From NCBI GenBank assembly GCA_043804575.1, contig JAZDIW010000044.1, positions 1 to 37,622 of the forward strand: DNA of 37,622 nucleotides, given 5' to 3'. Below the pieces are notes generated by a model. The model did not search any database, was not told where the DNA came from, and saw nothing but the letters and a program-made list of their open reading frames with translations. This DNA is from a bacterium. GTDB lineage: Bacteria; Electryoneota; RPQS01; DYHQ01. The position numbers were made by a program, and so were the translations under genes. Positions 1-8,893 of the stretch are shown here, piece by piece (position 1 is the first letter of the stretch; the number at the start of each line of letters is the position of its first letter).

Positions 1-1
1 G

Positions 2-193
2 TGGTACAAGGCTCAGCAATTGGCCGATACTTATTGGCTTTCCGTGGTCTGGGATCCGACTGGTTCGGATCCCGAGCATGTGGCTATCAAGAACCCGGCG
101 GCCACCTTAGATCACGCCAAGCGCGAGATTATGGCCGCACGATTCTACGAAATTCCGGCGGAAGCGATTCTCAGGGCTGGTTCCTCATCATGA
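2..193 (+). CDS. 3' end (last 63 codons plus TGA) of an upstream gene running off the left edge. The tail resembles the end of a restriction-endonuclease-fold (PD-(D/E)xK / DUF3883-type) domain.
   Basis: Frame 2 is open from the window edge to TGA 191-193. It translates to WYKAQQLADTYWLSVVWDPTGSDPEHVAIKNPAATLDHAKREIMAARFYEIPAEAILRAGSSS*. It is absent from the ORF track because it has no in-window start codon. I associate 'YWLxVV....IxNP' with C-termini of nuclease-fold domains (recollection, not a search). The stop overlaps the darT ATG (ATGA at 190-193). Confidence 0.45.
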   Translation, partial: WYKAQQLADTYWLSVVWDPTGSDPEHVAIKNPAATLDHAKREIMAARFYEIPAEAILRAGSSS

Positions 194-795
194 TGCGAAC
201 CGACCTGAAAGAGTTGCACTACATCACGGCCATCGGGAATGTCCCCTCCATTCTCCAGCATGGTATTCTGTCGCACAAGCGCGCGGACAAGGTAATCCAC
301 AAGTCTGTGGCTATGCAGGAGATTCAAGACCGACGCAAGTCCGTCGTTGTACCTAATGGAAGGCCACTTCATGAATACGCTAATCTTTATTTCAACGCGC
401 GAAATCCGATGCTGTTCAAAGACGTGTGGGGCGGTATTTTCTCTGACGAAGATCTCTGTGTACTTATTGTAACACCAGACGTAATTGATTTGCCGGATGT
501 TGTGATCACGGATCGCAACGCATCGAGTAACTACACTCGGTTTCGCCCGTCACCGAGCGGGCTGTTACTTATAGACGAGGACACATTTGCCGAGTCGTGG
601 AAGCATCCGGAAAGTGAAGTGGCCGAATGGGAGCACAAGTCAAAGATGTGCGCCGAGGTTTTGGTTCCAAATGTCGTTCCAAATCGTTACATTATGGGAG
701 CCTACGTGTCATGCGCGGCCGCGAAGCGGAAGCTCAGGGCAGTCGCGCCCTCGCTCACCGTCACCATCAACAAGAAGATGTTTTTCAAAAAATAG
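190..795 (+). CDS. darT: DarT, DUF4433-family ssDNA thymidine ADP-ribosyltransferase toxin (201 aa)
   Basis: MMRTDLKELHYITAIGNVPSILQHGILSH..., YANLYFNARNPML, and a C-terminal KMCAEVLVPNVVP (putative catalytic Glu) match the DUF4433/DarT pattern. It is followed directly by a macrodomain gene. I prefer ATG 190 over the track's GTG at 1, because residues 1-63 of the frame-1 ORF look non-coding and frame 2 carries a better ORF there. Confidence 0.85.
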   Translation: MMRTDLKELHYITAIGNVPSILQHGILSHKRADKVIHKSVAMQEIQDRRKSVVVPNGRPLHEYANLYFNARNPMLFKDVWGGIFSDEDLCVLIVTPDVIDLPDVVITDRNASSNYTRFRPSPSGLLLIDEDTFAESWKHPESEVAEWEHKSKMCAEVLVPNVVPNRYIMGAYVSCAAAKRKLRAVAPSLTVTINKKMFFKK

Positions 796-804
796 GAGAG
801 TGCA

Positions 805-1911
805 ATGGAGGTCAAAGTACTAACGGGTGATCTGTTCAACTCCAAAGCTCAGACTCTCGTCAACACTGTGAACTGCGTGGGTGTAATGGGTAAGGGTGTC
901 GCTTTGGAGTTCAAAAATCGCTTTCCTGATATGTTCGAGGACTATCTCGCGCGTTGCAGGCGGCATGAGGTCAAGCTCGGTTGGCCGTACCTTTATAAGA
1001 TCCATGCCAACCAATGGATCCTGAACTTCCCGACGAAGGATCACTGGAGATCCTTGTCGCGGGTTGAGGACATCGTGGCGGGATTGAACTACCTGCTGCA
1101 GCACTACAAAGAATGGGGGATCAAATCCTTGGCAGTGCCTCCTCTTGGAAGCGGGCAAGGCGGCTTGGAATGGCGGATTGTTGGTCCCATTCTCCATCGC
1201 TACCTTGGTCAGATGGACATTCCGGTCGAACTCTATGCTCCGCACGACACGCCAACTGAGGAACTCCAACTTAGCTTCTTGCAGAAAGAAGGCAAAATAC
1301 TTGCCAGACCTGAAAAGGAGCGCATGAATCCTGCGTGGGTCGCGCTGGTTGAGATTCTGAGGCGGATCGAGAGTGAACCTTATCATTGGCCCGTAGGACG
1401 CACGACATTTCAGAAGATTGCCTTCGTGGCCACGTCGGAGGGCCTGCCCACGGGTTTGAATTTCCAGCGAGGTAGCTATGGGCCATATGCAGCGGAGCTG
1501 AAGAACTTGACGGCTCGGCTCTTGAACCACCATCTCATTTTAGAGAGGCAGTCGGGCAAGATGTTCGCCGTTTCGGTCGGCCCATCATACGAAGTCGCCA
1601 AAAAAGAGTACGCCGGCGAGCTTGCGAAGTGGCACGAGCAGATGGATCGAGTCGCTGATTTGTTTGTGCGTCTCCGGACGAATCAGGCTGAGATCGTCGC
1701 TACGGTGTTGTGTGCAAGTCAAGAACTCTCCAAGACCGAAAAAGGCATTCCCAGCGAAAAAGATGTTCTGTCTGAAGTGATGGCATGGAAGCAGAAGCGT
1801 CGCCCGCCCCTTGATGAAGGTGAAGTCGCTTCGACCATTCGGAACTTGGCAATGCTGGGGTGGCTGAAGGTGAAAGCGAGCACCGATCTTCCCATAGCTG
1901 AGGTTGCTTAA
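805..1911 (+). CDS. darG: DarG, macrodomain DNA ADP-ribosylglycohydrolase antitoxin with a C-terminal toxin-binding domain (368 aa)
   Basis: The N-terminal macrodomain carries TLVNTVNCVGVMGKGVALEFKNRFP, NFPTKDHWR (catalytic-Lys context) and AVPPLGSGQGGL. An AGGAG RBS sits 6-10 nt upstream of ATG 805. The gene lies 9 nt after the darT stop. Confidence 0.85.
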   Translation: MEVKVLTGDLFNSKAQTLVNTVNCVGVMGKGVALEFKNRFPDMFEDYLARCRRHEVKLGWPYLYKIHANQWILNFPTKDHWRSLSRVEDIVAGLNYLLQHYKEWGIKSLAVPPLGSGQGGLEWRIVGPILHRYLGQMDIPVELYAPHDTPTEELQLSFLQKEGKILARPEKERMNPAWVALVEILRRIESEPYHWPVGRTTFQKIAFVATSEGLPTGLNFQRGSYGPYAAELKNLTARLLNHHLILERQSGKMFAVSVGPSYEVAKKEYAGELAKWHEQMDRVADLFVRLRTNQAEIVATVLCASQELSKTEKGIPSEKDVLSEVMAWKQKRRPPLDEGEVASTIRNLAMLGWLKVKASTDLPIAEVA

Positions 1912-1915
1912 CCCA

Positions 1916-4900
1916 ATGTCGCAATCCCCCCGCTTAATCGAAGATTACCTGCCCATTGAGGCCATCAGTAAGGAAGCCTCGCGGGAGAAGCGCCATATCT
2001 CAGGGATTCACTTGTGGTGGGCGAGGCGGCCGCTGGTGGCGTGCCGGGCGGCGGTGTATGGCGCGCTCGTGCCTGCGTCGCGGTTCGAGCCAAAGAACGG
2101 ACCCGAGGAGAAGCGCAGAAGCCTGGGGCGGGCGAATGCGGCGAAGTTTGTCGAACGGCTCTGCAAGTATCCCGGTGATCCGAAAGTGATCAAAGAAGCC
2201 GAGCAGCATATTCTGGAGGCTCATGCCGAACGGCTTTCGGCGGAGCAGGGCAAGACGATCACGGTCGAGGATATTCGTGAAGGGCGTGCGCCGAGGCCGA
2301 AAGTGCTCGACATGTTCGCGGGCGGTGGAGCGATTCCGCTCGAAGCTCTGCGGCTCGGCTGCGAGGCGTACGCCATGGATTTAAATCCTGTGGCGTATAT
2401 CATCGAACTATGCACGCTCGTCTATCCGCAGAAGTACGGCAAGCCGGATCCAAATGCGCGCGGAATGACCGGGCCGAAAAACGCGAAAGGCGAAACCACA
2501 TGGGGCGGCCTTGCGGACGAAGTGCGCCATTGGGGCAATTGGGTGCTCGAACGGGTGAAGGCAGAGATTGGCGACCTCTATCCGCCGATTCCTGATCCGG
2601 CCGCGTCGAAAACCAAGGTGGATCTTGGCAAGAACCAAGTGGAAATGGCCTCGGGCGGGTTTCAGCAGAAGGGGCAGCAGGTGCTCGCCGAAGAATCATC
2701 GACCGGATTTCTGACTCCCGTAGCCTATCTGTGGACGCGGACGGTGGCGTGCAAGAATCCGGCGTGCGGGGCAACGGTGCCGCTCGTACGACAGACATGG
2801 CTCTGCAAGAAAGAGAAGCGCTACGCGGCACTGCGGATGATCGCGCCCAAGGGTGAGAGGCGCGTGCGTTTTGAAGTAGTTGAGGCAGCCACAGAGGCGG
2901 GCTTGGGCTTTGATCCGGCGGCCTTCAGCAAAGGTGGAAATGCGACCTGTCCGTTCTGCGGTACGGTGGCGGACAGCGCGCATGTGAAGGCCGAGGGCTG
3001 TGCCGGGCGCATGGCCCAACAGATGATGGCGATTGTGTGCACTCGGCCCACCGCGCGCGGCAAAATCTATCTCTCTGCCGACGACTACCGCGATCATATC
3101 CCAGATGACGAAGCAATCCGAAAACAAATCGAAGTGCTGTGTCACATCTCAGGCTTGACAATACCCAACGAACAAATCGCAGGGCTGTCTCCTAAACAAT
3201 TCGAAAATACTCTTGGAATTGGTATCCGGCCCTATGGATACCAAACCTTCGCTGACCTATTTTCAGATCGACAGAAGGCGTGCCTAATCGCTTTCGCGTA
3301 CGCGATTCGTCAATCCTCATTGGAAATCAAATCACGGATGTTTGTATCGGAAATACGCAATGTGGCTGTCGGGGATACTGACCCAAACAGAATCGTCGCG
3401 ATATCCACCTATCTGGCGGCAGTTCTCGATAAGGTTGCAGACTACAGTTCGCTACTCTGTTCTTGGCACAGCGGGAATCAACAAATCAGGAACACTTTTG
3501 GAATGCAGGCCCTACCAATGGTATGGGACTCGGCTGAAACCAATCCCCTCGGTGGATCGAGCGGCAGTTGGCAAAGCATGATTGACAGCACAATTGAAGG
3601 AATGGGAGTCTGTTTAGATTCATCCGACCGAACGGCGCAAGCATCCCGTGGAACAGCCTCACATCTTCCGTATATCGAACATTTCTTCGAAGCAGTAGTT
3701 ACGGATCCGCCATATTATGATAACGTTCCGTATTCCGACATTTCTGACTACTTCTACGTGTGGTTGAAAAGGTCTATCGGTCCTGCGTACCCTGAACATT
3801 TCGTTGGCGATTTAACCCCTAAAAGGACTGAGGCGATAGCTGACCCCCAGCGTCATGGCGGGTCCAAGCCGAGAGCACGTGCGGCTTATGAAAGCATGAT
3901 GCTGGGAGTATTTTCGGAAGCGAGGCGAGTTCTCGCAGACAGCGGCCTGTTAGTCGTTATTTATGCGCACAAGACTACCATCGGTTGGGCGACCCTGATT
4001 GACGCCCTACGACGCGCTGGTTTTATCATCATGGAAGCGTGGCCTCTTGACACCGAGATGAAATCTCGGCTCAGGTTTACAGACTCCTCAGCTCTTGCCT
4101 CCAATATTTTCCTCGTTGCGCGCAAGCAAGAGGGGGCGCGGACGGGGTCGTATGAGACGGAGGTGCGGCCACAGCTTGAGGAGATTGTGCGCGAGCGCGT
4201 AGAGACGCTGTGGGAGATGGGGATTGCGGGTGCGGACCTCGTGATTGCCGCCGTGGGCGCGGGGCTGAAGGCGTACACGCAGTTCGCGCGCGTGGAGAAG
4301 GCGAACGGCGAGGAGATGCCCGCCGAAGGATTCCTCGCCGAAGTGGAAGGGGTCGTGTTGAGCTACTTGCTCGAGAAGATTTTCAAAGTCAGCCGCTCGG
4401 GAGTCGAAGCGCTGGACGGCCCGACACGCTTCTATGTGCTGTGGCGCTACGCCTACGGCAACGCGACGCTCGACGCGGGCGAAGCGATTGTGATGAGCTA
4501 TGGACAACCTGTGGAACTGGACGGCCCGCGCGGACTCTCGGCGGGGTCGAATGGCCTGCTCGAAAAGAAGAAGGGGAGCTACCGCCTGCGCGACTTCACC
4601 GAGCGCGGCAAGGACGAAGGACTGGGCCTATCCGACGGCAACAACTCCGCCTCGCTGATTGATATTCTGCATCGCGTGCTCTGGCTTGTGGAGAACCACC
4701 CACGCGCGCTGAAATCATACCTTGATCAAGCCACGCCGAATACGGAGCACCTCCGCCTTGTCGCCCAGGCCTTGGCTGGCCCCGCACTAAAGGGGAATGT
4801 GGAATCTGCCGACGCGCTAATCACCACTACCACCGCCGAGCAATCCGCCTTGGGCAAGCTCCTCGCGAACTGGAGATCGCTGGTGGAGACGGGGTTGTTC

Positions 4901-4942
4901 AGCGGAACAACTACACCTCCGCAGGGCAATTTAGGGGTGTAG
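1916..4942 (+). CDS. DUF1156-family Zn-ribbon DNA methyltransferase (N6-adenine/N4-cytosine type), 1008 aa
   Basis: N-terminus IEDYLPIEAISKEASREK...IHLWWARRPLVACRA is the DUF1156 signature. SAM motif I is VLDMFAGGGAIPLEA and motif IV is VVTDPPYYDN. A Cys4 ribbon is present (CKNPACG...CPFCG). ATG 1916 has GAGG 13 nt upstream. The track's TTG 1904 start would overlap darG by 8 nt. Confidence 0.85.
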   Translation: MSQSPRLIEDYLPIEAISKEASREKRHISGIHLWWARRPLVACRAAVYGALVPASRFEPKNGPEEKRRSLGRANAAKFVERLCKYPGDPKVIKEAEQHILEAHAERLSAEQGKTITVEDIREGRAPRPKVLDMFAGGGAIPLEALRLGCEAYAMDLNPVAYIIELCTLVYPQKYGKPDPNARGMTGPKNAKGETTWGGLADEVRHWGNWVLERVKAEIGDLYPPIPDPAASKTKVDLGKNQVEMASGGFQQKGQQVLAEESSTGFLTPVAYLWTRTVACKNPACGATVPLVRQTWLCKKEKRYAALRMIAPKGERRVRFEVVEAATEAGLGFDPAAFSKGGNATCPFCGTVADSAHVKAEGCAGRMAQQMMAIVCTRPTARGKIYLSADDYRDHIPDDEAIRKQIEVLCHISGLTIPNEQIAGLSPKQFENTLGIGIRPYGYQTFADLFSDRQKACLIAFAYAIRQSSLEIKSRMFVSEIRNVAVGDTDPNRIVAISTYLAAVLDKVADYSSLLCSWHSGNQQIRNTFGMQALPMVWDSAETNPLGGSSGSWQSMIDSTIEGMGVCLDSSDRTAQASRGTASHLPYIEHFFEAVVTDPPYYDNVPYSDISDYFYVWLKRSIGPAYPEHFVGDLTPKRTEAIADPQRHGGSKPRARAAYESMMLGVFSEARRVLADSGLLVVIYAHKTTIGWATLIDALRRAGFIIMEAWPLDTEMKSRLRFTDSSALASNIFLVARKQEGARTGSYETEVRPQLEEIVRERVETLWEMGIAGADLVIAAVGAGLKAYTQFARVEKANGEEMPAEGFLAEVEGVVLSYLLEKIFKVSRSGVEALDGPTRFYVLWRYAYGNATLDAGEAIVMSYGQPVELDGPRGLSAGSNGLLEKKKGSYRLRDFTERGKDEGLGLSDGNNSASLIDILHRVLWLVENHPRALKSYLDQATPNTEHLRLVAQALAGPALKGNVESADALITTTTAEQSALGKLLANWRSLVETGLFSGTTTPPQGNLGV

Positions 4943-4992
4943 GCAAATCAGACCGTAATGAAGCACAGGAAAAATACAACGGACTCAATTAC

Positions 4993-5877
4993 ATGGACTT
5001 CAAAGCCGAGAACTTCTACGATGAGCTGAGCCGCAAGTGCAAGGAGGTGAACAACACGATCAGCGGCATGGTATCGGGATCCTACTACACTGGGACACAC
5101 GCGGAAGAAGAGCACGACCGCTACGAGATGCTCCTCAAATACCAAGTGCAGGACCTGTACAGGTCGACTTTTGTCGCGCTTGACGCGCTGGGACTTCATG
5201 CATCACGAGATGCACTCAAAGATGAATATTGCCAATTCTCTCACAGGCCGACATCCCTTGAGTATATTCCCTCTGTCGGAACGATGACGAACCCAGCGAC
5301 TGATTGCATTAGCTCCTATGTCGAGGCGATAGGTGCCGGGCTCAGCGGCGAGTCAGTCAGGCAGTCACAGCAGGAAACCGAGCGAGGAAAGCTCGAAAGA
5401 ATACTGGTGTCGACACCAACGATCATATATGATCAGAAGTTGGAGCCTAAGAATGAAGCAGAGGTCAGGCGCGTGATGTTCAACCTCCTCAAGATCAGCT
5501 ACCCAGACACGATTAGAGAATTCTCTATCGGCCAAGAACTAAAATCCTTCAAGCCGGATTTCGGCATTCGTTCTCTGAAGACCGCCATAGAGTACAAATA
5601 TGCGGCGACTGAGCAGGAAGCAAAGATCTGCGTTGACGGGATATTTGCGGACATGCACGGTTACAGTGGTTCACAGGACTGGCAGTGGTTTTATGCAGTT
5701 ATCTATCAGACAGAAGCCTTTGTCACGCAGGCGCAGGTGAACGCCCAATTTGCGGCGGTCGAAAAACAAGGAAACTGGAAGTGCTTCGTGGTGACTGGCA
5801 AGGGCACACGCGCGGTGCGTAAAGCCTCCTCTAAAAAGGGCAAGCCGACGAAACCCAAAAAGGGGCCGGAGAAGTAA
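4993..5877 (+). CDS. Hypothetical protein, 294 aa. The C-terminal half has a PD-(D/E)xK-like nuclease motif, followed by a Lys-rich tail.
   Basis: ...NEAEVRRVMFNLL...FKPDFGIRSLKTAIEYKY... gives E156 / D189 / E200-x-K202 in the spacing typical of the restriction-endonuclease fold. The tail RKASSKKGKPTKPKKGPEK has 9 basic residues of 19. The gene sits between the DUF1156 and DUF499 genes on the same strand, with gaps of 50 and 44 nt. Confidence 0.5.
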   Translation: MDFKAENFYDELSRKCKEVNNTISGMVSGSYYTGTHAEEEHDRYEMLLKYQVQDLYRSTFVALDALGLHASRDALKDEYCQFSHRPTSLEYIPSVGTMTNPATDCISSYVEAIGAGLSGESVRQSQQETERGKLERILVSTPTIIYDQKLEPKNEAEVRRVMFNLLKISYPDTIREFSIGQELKSFKPDFGIRSLKTAIEYKYAATEQEAKICVDGIFADMHGYSGSQDWQWFYAVIYQTEAFVTQAQVNAQFAAVEKQGNWKCFVVTGKGTRAVRKASSKKGKPTKPKKGPEK

Positions 5878-5921
5878 CGCTGCTCTCAGCATGGCGCAAA
5901 AACAGATGGAGATATGAATAA

Positions 5922-8801
5922 ATGAGCTCAAGCACCCTACGTCCGTGGACTGAAGTTGTCCGCTTGCATCCTGATGTGGAAGCGGGAGCGCTCACGGAGG
6001 CTTTGTTCGCCATAGACCTTGGCGCTATCGCCGAGGGAAGCACAACCGTGCCTGTGGTCAACCGCGACCCGCAGGAGTTCTTCCGCGCGACCTATCTGAC
6101 TGCTGATTTGTCCAAACTGCTGAACGAGGTGTTGGCGTCACTTGCGGGAAAGGAGAATTACAATCGCGTACTCAAGCTGCGCACACCCTTCGGCGGAGGC
6201 AAGTCTCACACCCTCGCGGCGCTCTACCACGCGTCCAAGTCGCGGGCAGTGCTCGATCACTTCCCCGAACTGAAAGGATTCGCCAATCCGGGCTCTGTGG
6301 CCGTGGCTGTGTTCGACGGCGAGAAATTCGATGCACTTAGCGGCAAGGATGTGGGCGGAGGCCGAACAGTCAAGACCATGTGGGGATGGCTCGCGTGGCA
6401 GATTGACCCCAAGAAGGCATACCCCATCGTGGAAGAACACGACCAGAAGCGTGTTTCGCCGGGCGGCGACACGATTCGCAAGCTGTTCACGGAAGGTGCG
6501 GGTGGGCGACCGGTGCTGATCCTGATTGACGAGCTGTTGCAGTATGTGGAGCGTGCCGGATCGGTGTCCGTTTTGGATTCGACATTGCAACGGCAGGCCA
6601 AGGATTTCTTCCACAATCTGACTGTGGAGGTTGCCAACAGCCGGAATTGGGCGCTCGTGTACTCGCTTCAGTGGAGCAAGAGCAAAGAAGCGCTGGCACA
6701 CCTTGCGCTACTCGAAGAGCTTGACCACATTGCGGCCCGCGTGGATCAGATGCGCGAGCCTGTTCAGGGCGATGAGGTGTTGCCCGTTGTTCAACGGCGA
6801 CTGCTCGGTGAGTTCCCTCCAGCCGACAGAACACAGGATGTGGCAGAGGTGTACAGTGGCCTGGTCAGCGGGATGCAACGATCCTTTGCCGAATCCGAAA
6901 GCGGTCGCCGACAAGCGGAAGAAGAAGGTCTGCTTCTGCGCGACCGCATACAAAAGGCGTATCCGTTTCATCCTGCGCTGATTGATGCCATGCGGGATCG
7001 GTGGGCATCTATTGACGCCTATCAACGCACACGCGGTGCCCTGCGTTTCCTCGGCAAGGTGCTTCATGCGCTGAAAAAGGAGGGCACATCCACGGCTCTC
7101 GTCGGACCGGGGGACATTCCAATCCGAACACCAGAAGTCCGACTTCAGATGCTCAAAGAACTCGGCGCACAGAACGACTATGATCCGGTCATCTCCGAGG
7201 ACATTACCGGCCCCAATGCTCGAGCCAAGAGAATTGACGAGCGCCTCGCGCGGGAGACACCGGCGCTGGCCAATGTGCGGCCGGCCACACGACTGGCGAC
7301 AGCCATCCTTGTCTATTCTTTCGGTGGTCTCAAGAAGGAGGGCAAAGGCGAGATGGAGCTCTTGCCACCCGGGATTTCCGAACGTGAGTTGCTGGCCGCG
7401 TGTGTCAGCCCTGATCTCGACAACATCACCGCGATGGCGGTGCTTGCCGAACTTCGGAACATGTGCGTCTATCTCCACTACGATGGTGTGCGATACTGTT
7501 TCAAAAAGGATCCTAATGTCATCAAGTTGATCGAGGAAGAGGAAAAGCATGTCACTGCCAAAGATGTGATGGGTCGTGTCCGCGACCTACTTGGAAAGAA
7601 GTTGGCCGGCAGTCCCAACACATTTGTGTGGCCGGACAATTCGTCGGATCTGCCGGACGGCGAGCCGCAGTTTATCCTCGGCTATCTGCCTTTGGATTTT
7701 GCCGTTCTGCCGAGTAAAGAGCAGGATACCAAGGCGTGGGAGATGTTGTATCAATACGGGAACCGACCGCGACGGTACCGGAATGGCATCGGCGTCGTAG
7801 TGCCTGATAAGAAAGCGGCGGAAGCCGTCAAGCGCGCGGTGGGCACGATGATTGCCATAGAGCGCGTCGAAGGGAAGAAGCGACAACTGAGGCTTTCCGA
7901 CAGTCAGTTGGACGAGCTGAAGGAGCGGCGGCGGACGGAAGAGGCAGCATCAGATTCAGCTTTCAAAGACCTGTACACGGCCGTGTGGTTGCCCAGGATG
8001 GAAGAGGATGCTGATGGTCAGCGGAAGGAGGGCATCGAGCGCGTAGATAAGGCCACTCGCACGCTTCAGGCGACGGAAATCAACAAGCGGGTTATGGAAT
8101 TGCTCACCGTGGCCGGCGTTCAGCGGTTGTACCCTACAGTAACGCCTCGCAAACTCACGGAGCGGGTTAAACTCGGAGAATCCACCGCTGAAGGAGAATC
8201 CCTTCGATTGGGCGTCCGTGTAAGCGATATTGTGGATGCTTTCTATAGCTTCCTTGAACCGCCACGGCTCGAGTCAGCCGGAGCCATACGAAAGGCCATA
8301 GTGAAGGGCGTTCAGGAGGGGATGTTTGGCTACACGAGCGGTCTCGTACCTGCTTTAGGTGCAGACGGGAAATTCGCTGTCAATCCTGACAAGGTGGTCA
8401 TGGGTCGATCCATTGACGAAGACGAGGTGGACTTTGACTCCGGATTCCTGATGGTGCCGTCGGCGATTCCTCTCCCTGAACCCAAGCCGCCCATTGTTGG
8501 CACGCCACCTGTCGAGCCTCCCGTCGCACCAGTCCCAACGGTCGGCGCAATACCTCCACAGCCGCCGGATAAGCCGCGACTGGACCGTCATCCCTATGTT
8601 CGCATCCGATTCCGTGCTGACCGCGAGCAGGTCTTCAAGGTATTCAAGGCCGTGGCCAACCTGGCAGACAAGTCGGACGAGGGCAAGGTGACCGTCTGCG
8701 TTGAAGGAAAGTCATCAGCGGGGTACGACTCGTCTTGGCTGCGGAATGCGGTAGAAGAACCGCTGGACGAGGCGGACGTTGAGCGTATGCCGGAAGGTTA
8801 G
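5922..8801 (+). CDS. DUF499-family (BrxC/PglY-like) P-loop ATPase, 959 aa
   Basis: Walker A is RTPFGGGKSHTLAAL and Walker B is PVLILIDELLQYVE. The block AYPFHPALIDAMRDRWASIDAYQRTRGALRFLGKVLHAL is conserved in DUF499 proteins. A Pro-rich linker (PLPEPKPPIVGTPPVEPPVAPVP) precedes a small C-terminal domain. Confidence 0.85.
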   Translation: MSSSTLRPWTEVVRLHPDVEAGALTEALFAIDLGAIAEGSTTVPVVNRDPQEFFRATYLTADLSKLLNEVLASLAGKENYNRVLKLRTPFGGGKSHTLAALYHASKSRAVLDHFPELKGFANPGSVAVAVFDGEKFDALSGKDVGGGRTVKTMWGWLAWQIDPKKAYPIVEEHDQKRVSPGGDTIRKLFTEGAGGRPVLILIDELLQYVERAGSVSVLDSTLQRQAKDFFHNLTVEVANSRNWALVYSLQWSKSKEALAHLALLEELDHIAARVDQMREPVQGDEVLPVVQRRLLGEFPPADRTQDVAEVYSGLVSGMQRSFAESESGRRQAEEEGLLLRDRIQKAYPFHPALIDAMRDRWASIDAYQRTRGALRFLGKVLHALKKEGTSTALVGPGDIPIRTPEVRLQMLKELGAQNDYDPVISEDITGPNARAKRIDERLARETPALANVRPATRLATAILVYSFGGLKKEGKGEMELLPPGISERELLAACVSPDLDNITAMAVLAELRNMCVYLHYDGVRYCFKKDPNVIKLIEEEEKHVTAKDVMGRVRDLLGKKLAGSPNTFVWPDNSSDLPDGEPQFILGYLPLDFAVLPSKEQDTKAWEMLYQYGNRPRRYRNGIGVVVPDKKAAEAVKRAVGTMIAIERVEGKKRQLRLSDSQLDELKERRRTEEAASDSAFKDLYTAVWLPRMEEDADGQRKEGIERVDKATRTLQATEINKRVMELLTVAGVQRLYPTVTPRKLTERVKLGESTAEGESLRLGVRVSDIVDAFYSFLEPPRLESAGAIRKAIVKGVQEGMFGYTSGLVPALGADGKFAVNPDKVVMGRSIDEDEVDFDSGFLMVPSAIPLPEPKPPIVGTPPVEPPVAPVPTVGAIPPQPPDKPRLDRHPYVRIRFRADREQVFKVFKAVANLADKSDEGKVTVCVEGKSSAGYDSSWLRNAVEEPLDEADVERMPEG

Positions 8802-8893
8802 CCGGAGCAACGGTGTGTGGGCCTCAAGAGATTGAGGAATCAGGGCTGAGGTCTGGAACAAGCCATCAACTGGCAATGCTGAGAACAAAGAAA

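Noticed and set aside
1-189. Frame-1 N-terminal extension of DarT (GTG at position 1)
   Set aside because: The 63 extra residues look non-coding, and DUF4433 proteins start close to the 'L.HIT' motif. Frame 2 carries a more protein-like ORF that ends in an ATGA overlap with ATG 190.
6708-7550. 280-aa minus-strand ORF, plus several 60-190 aa ORFs inside the defence operon
   Set aside because: All lie antisense to or out of frame with the DUF499 and DUF1156 genes. This is typical of high-GC shadow frames, and none shows motif support.
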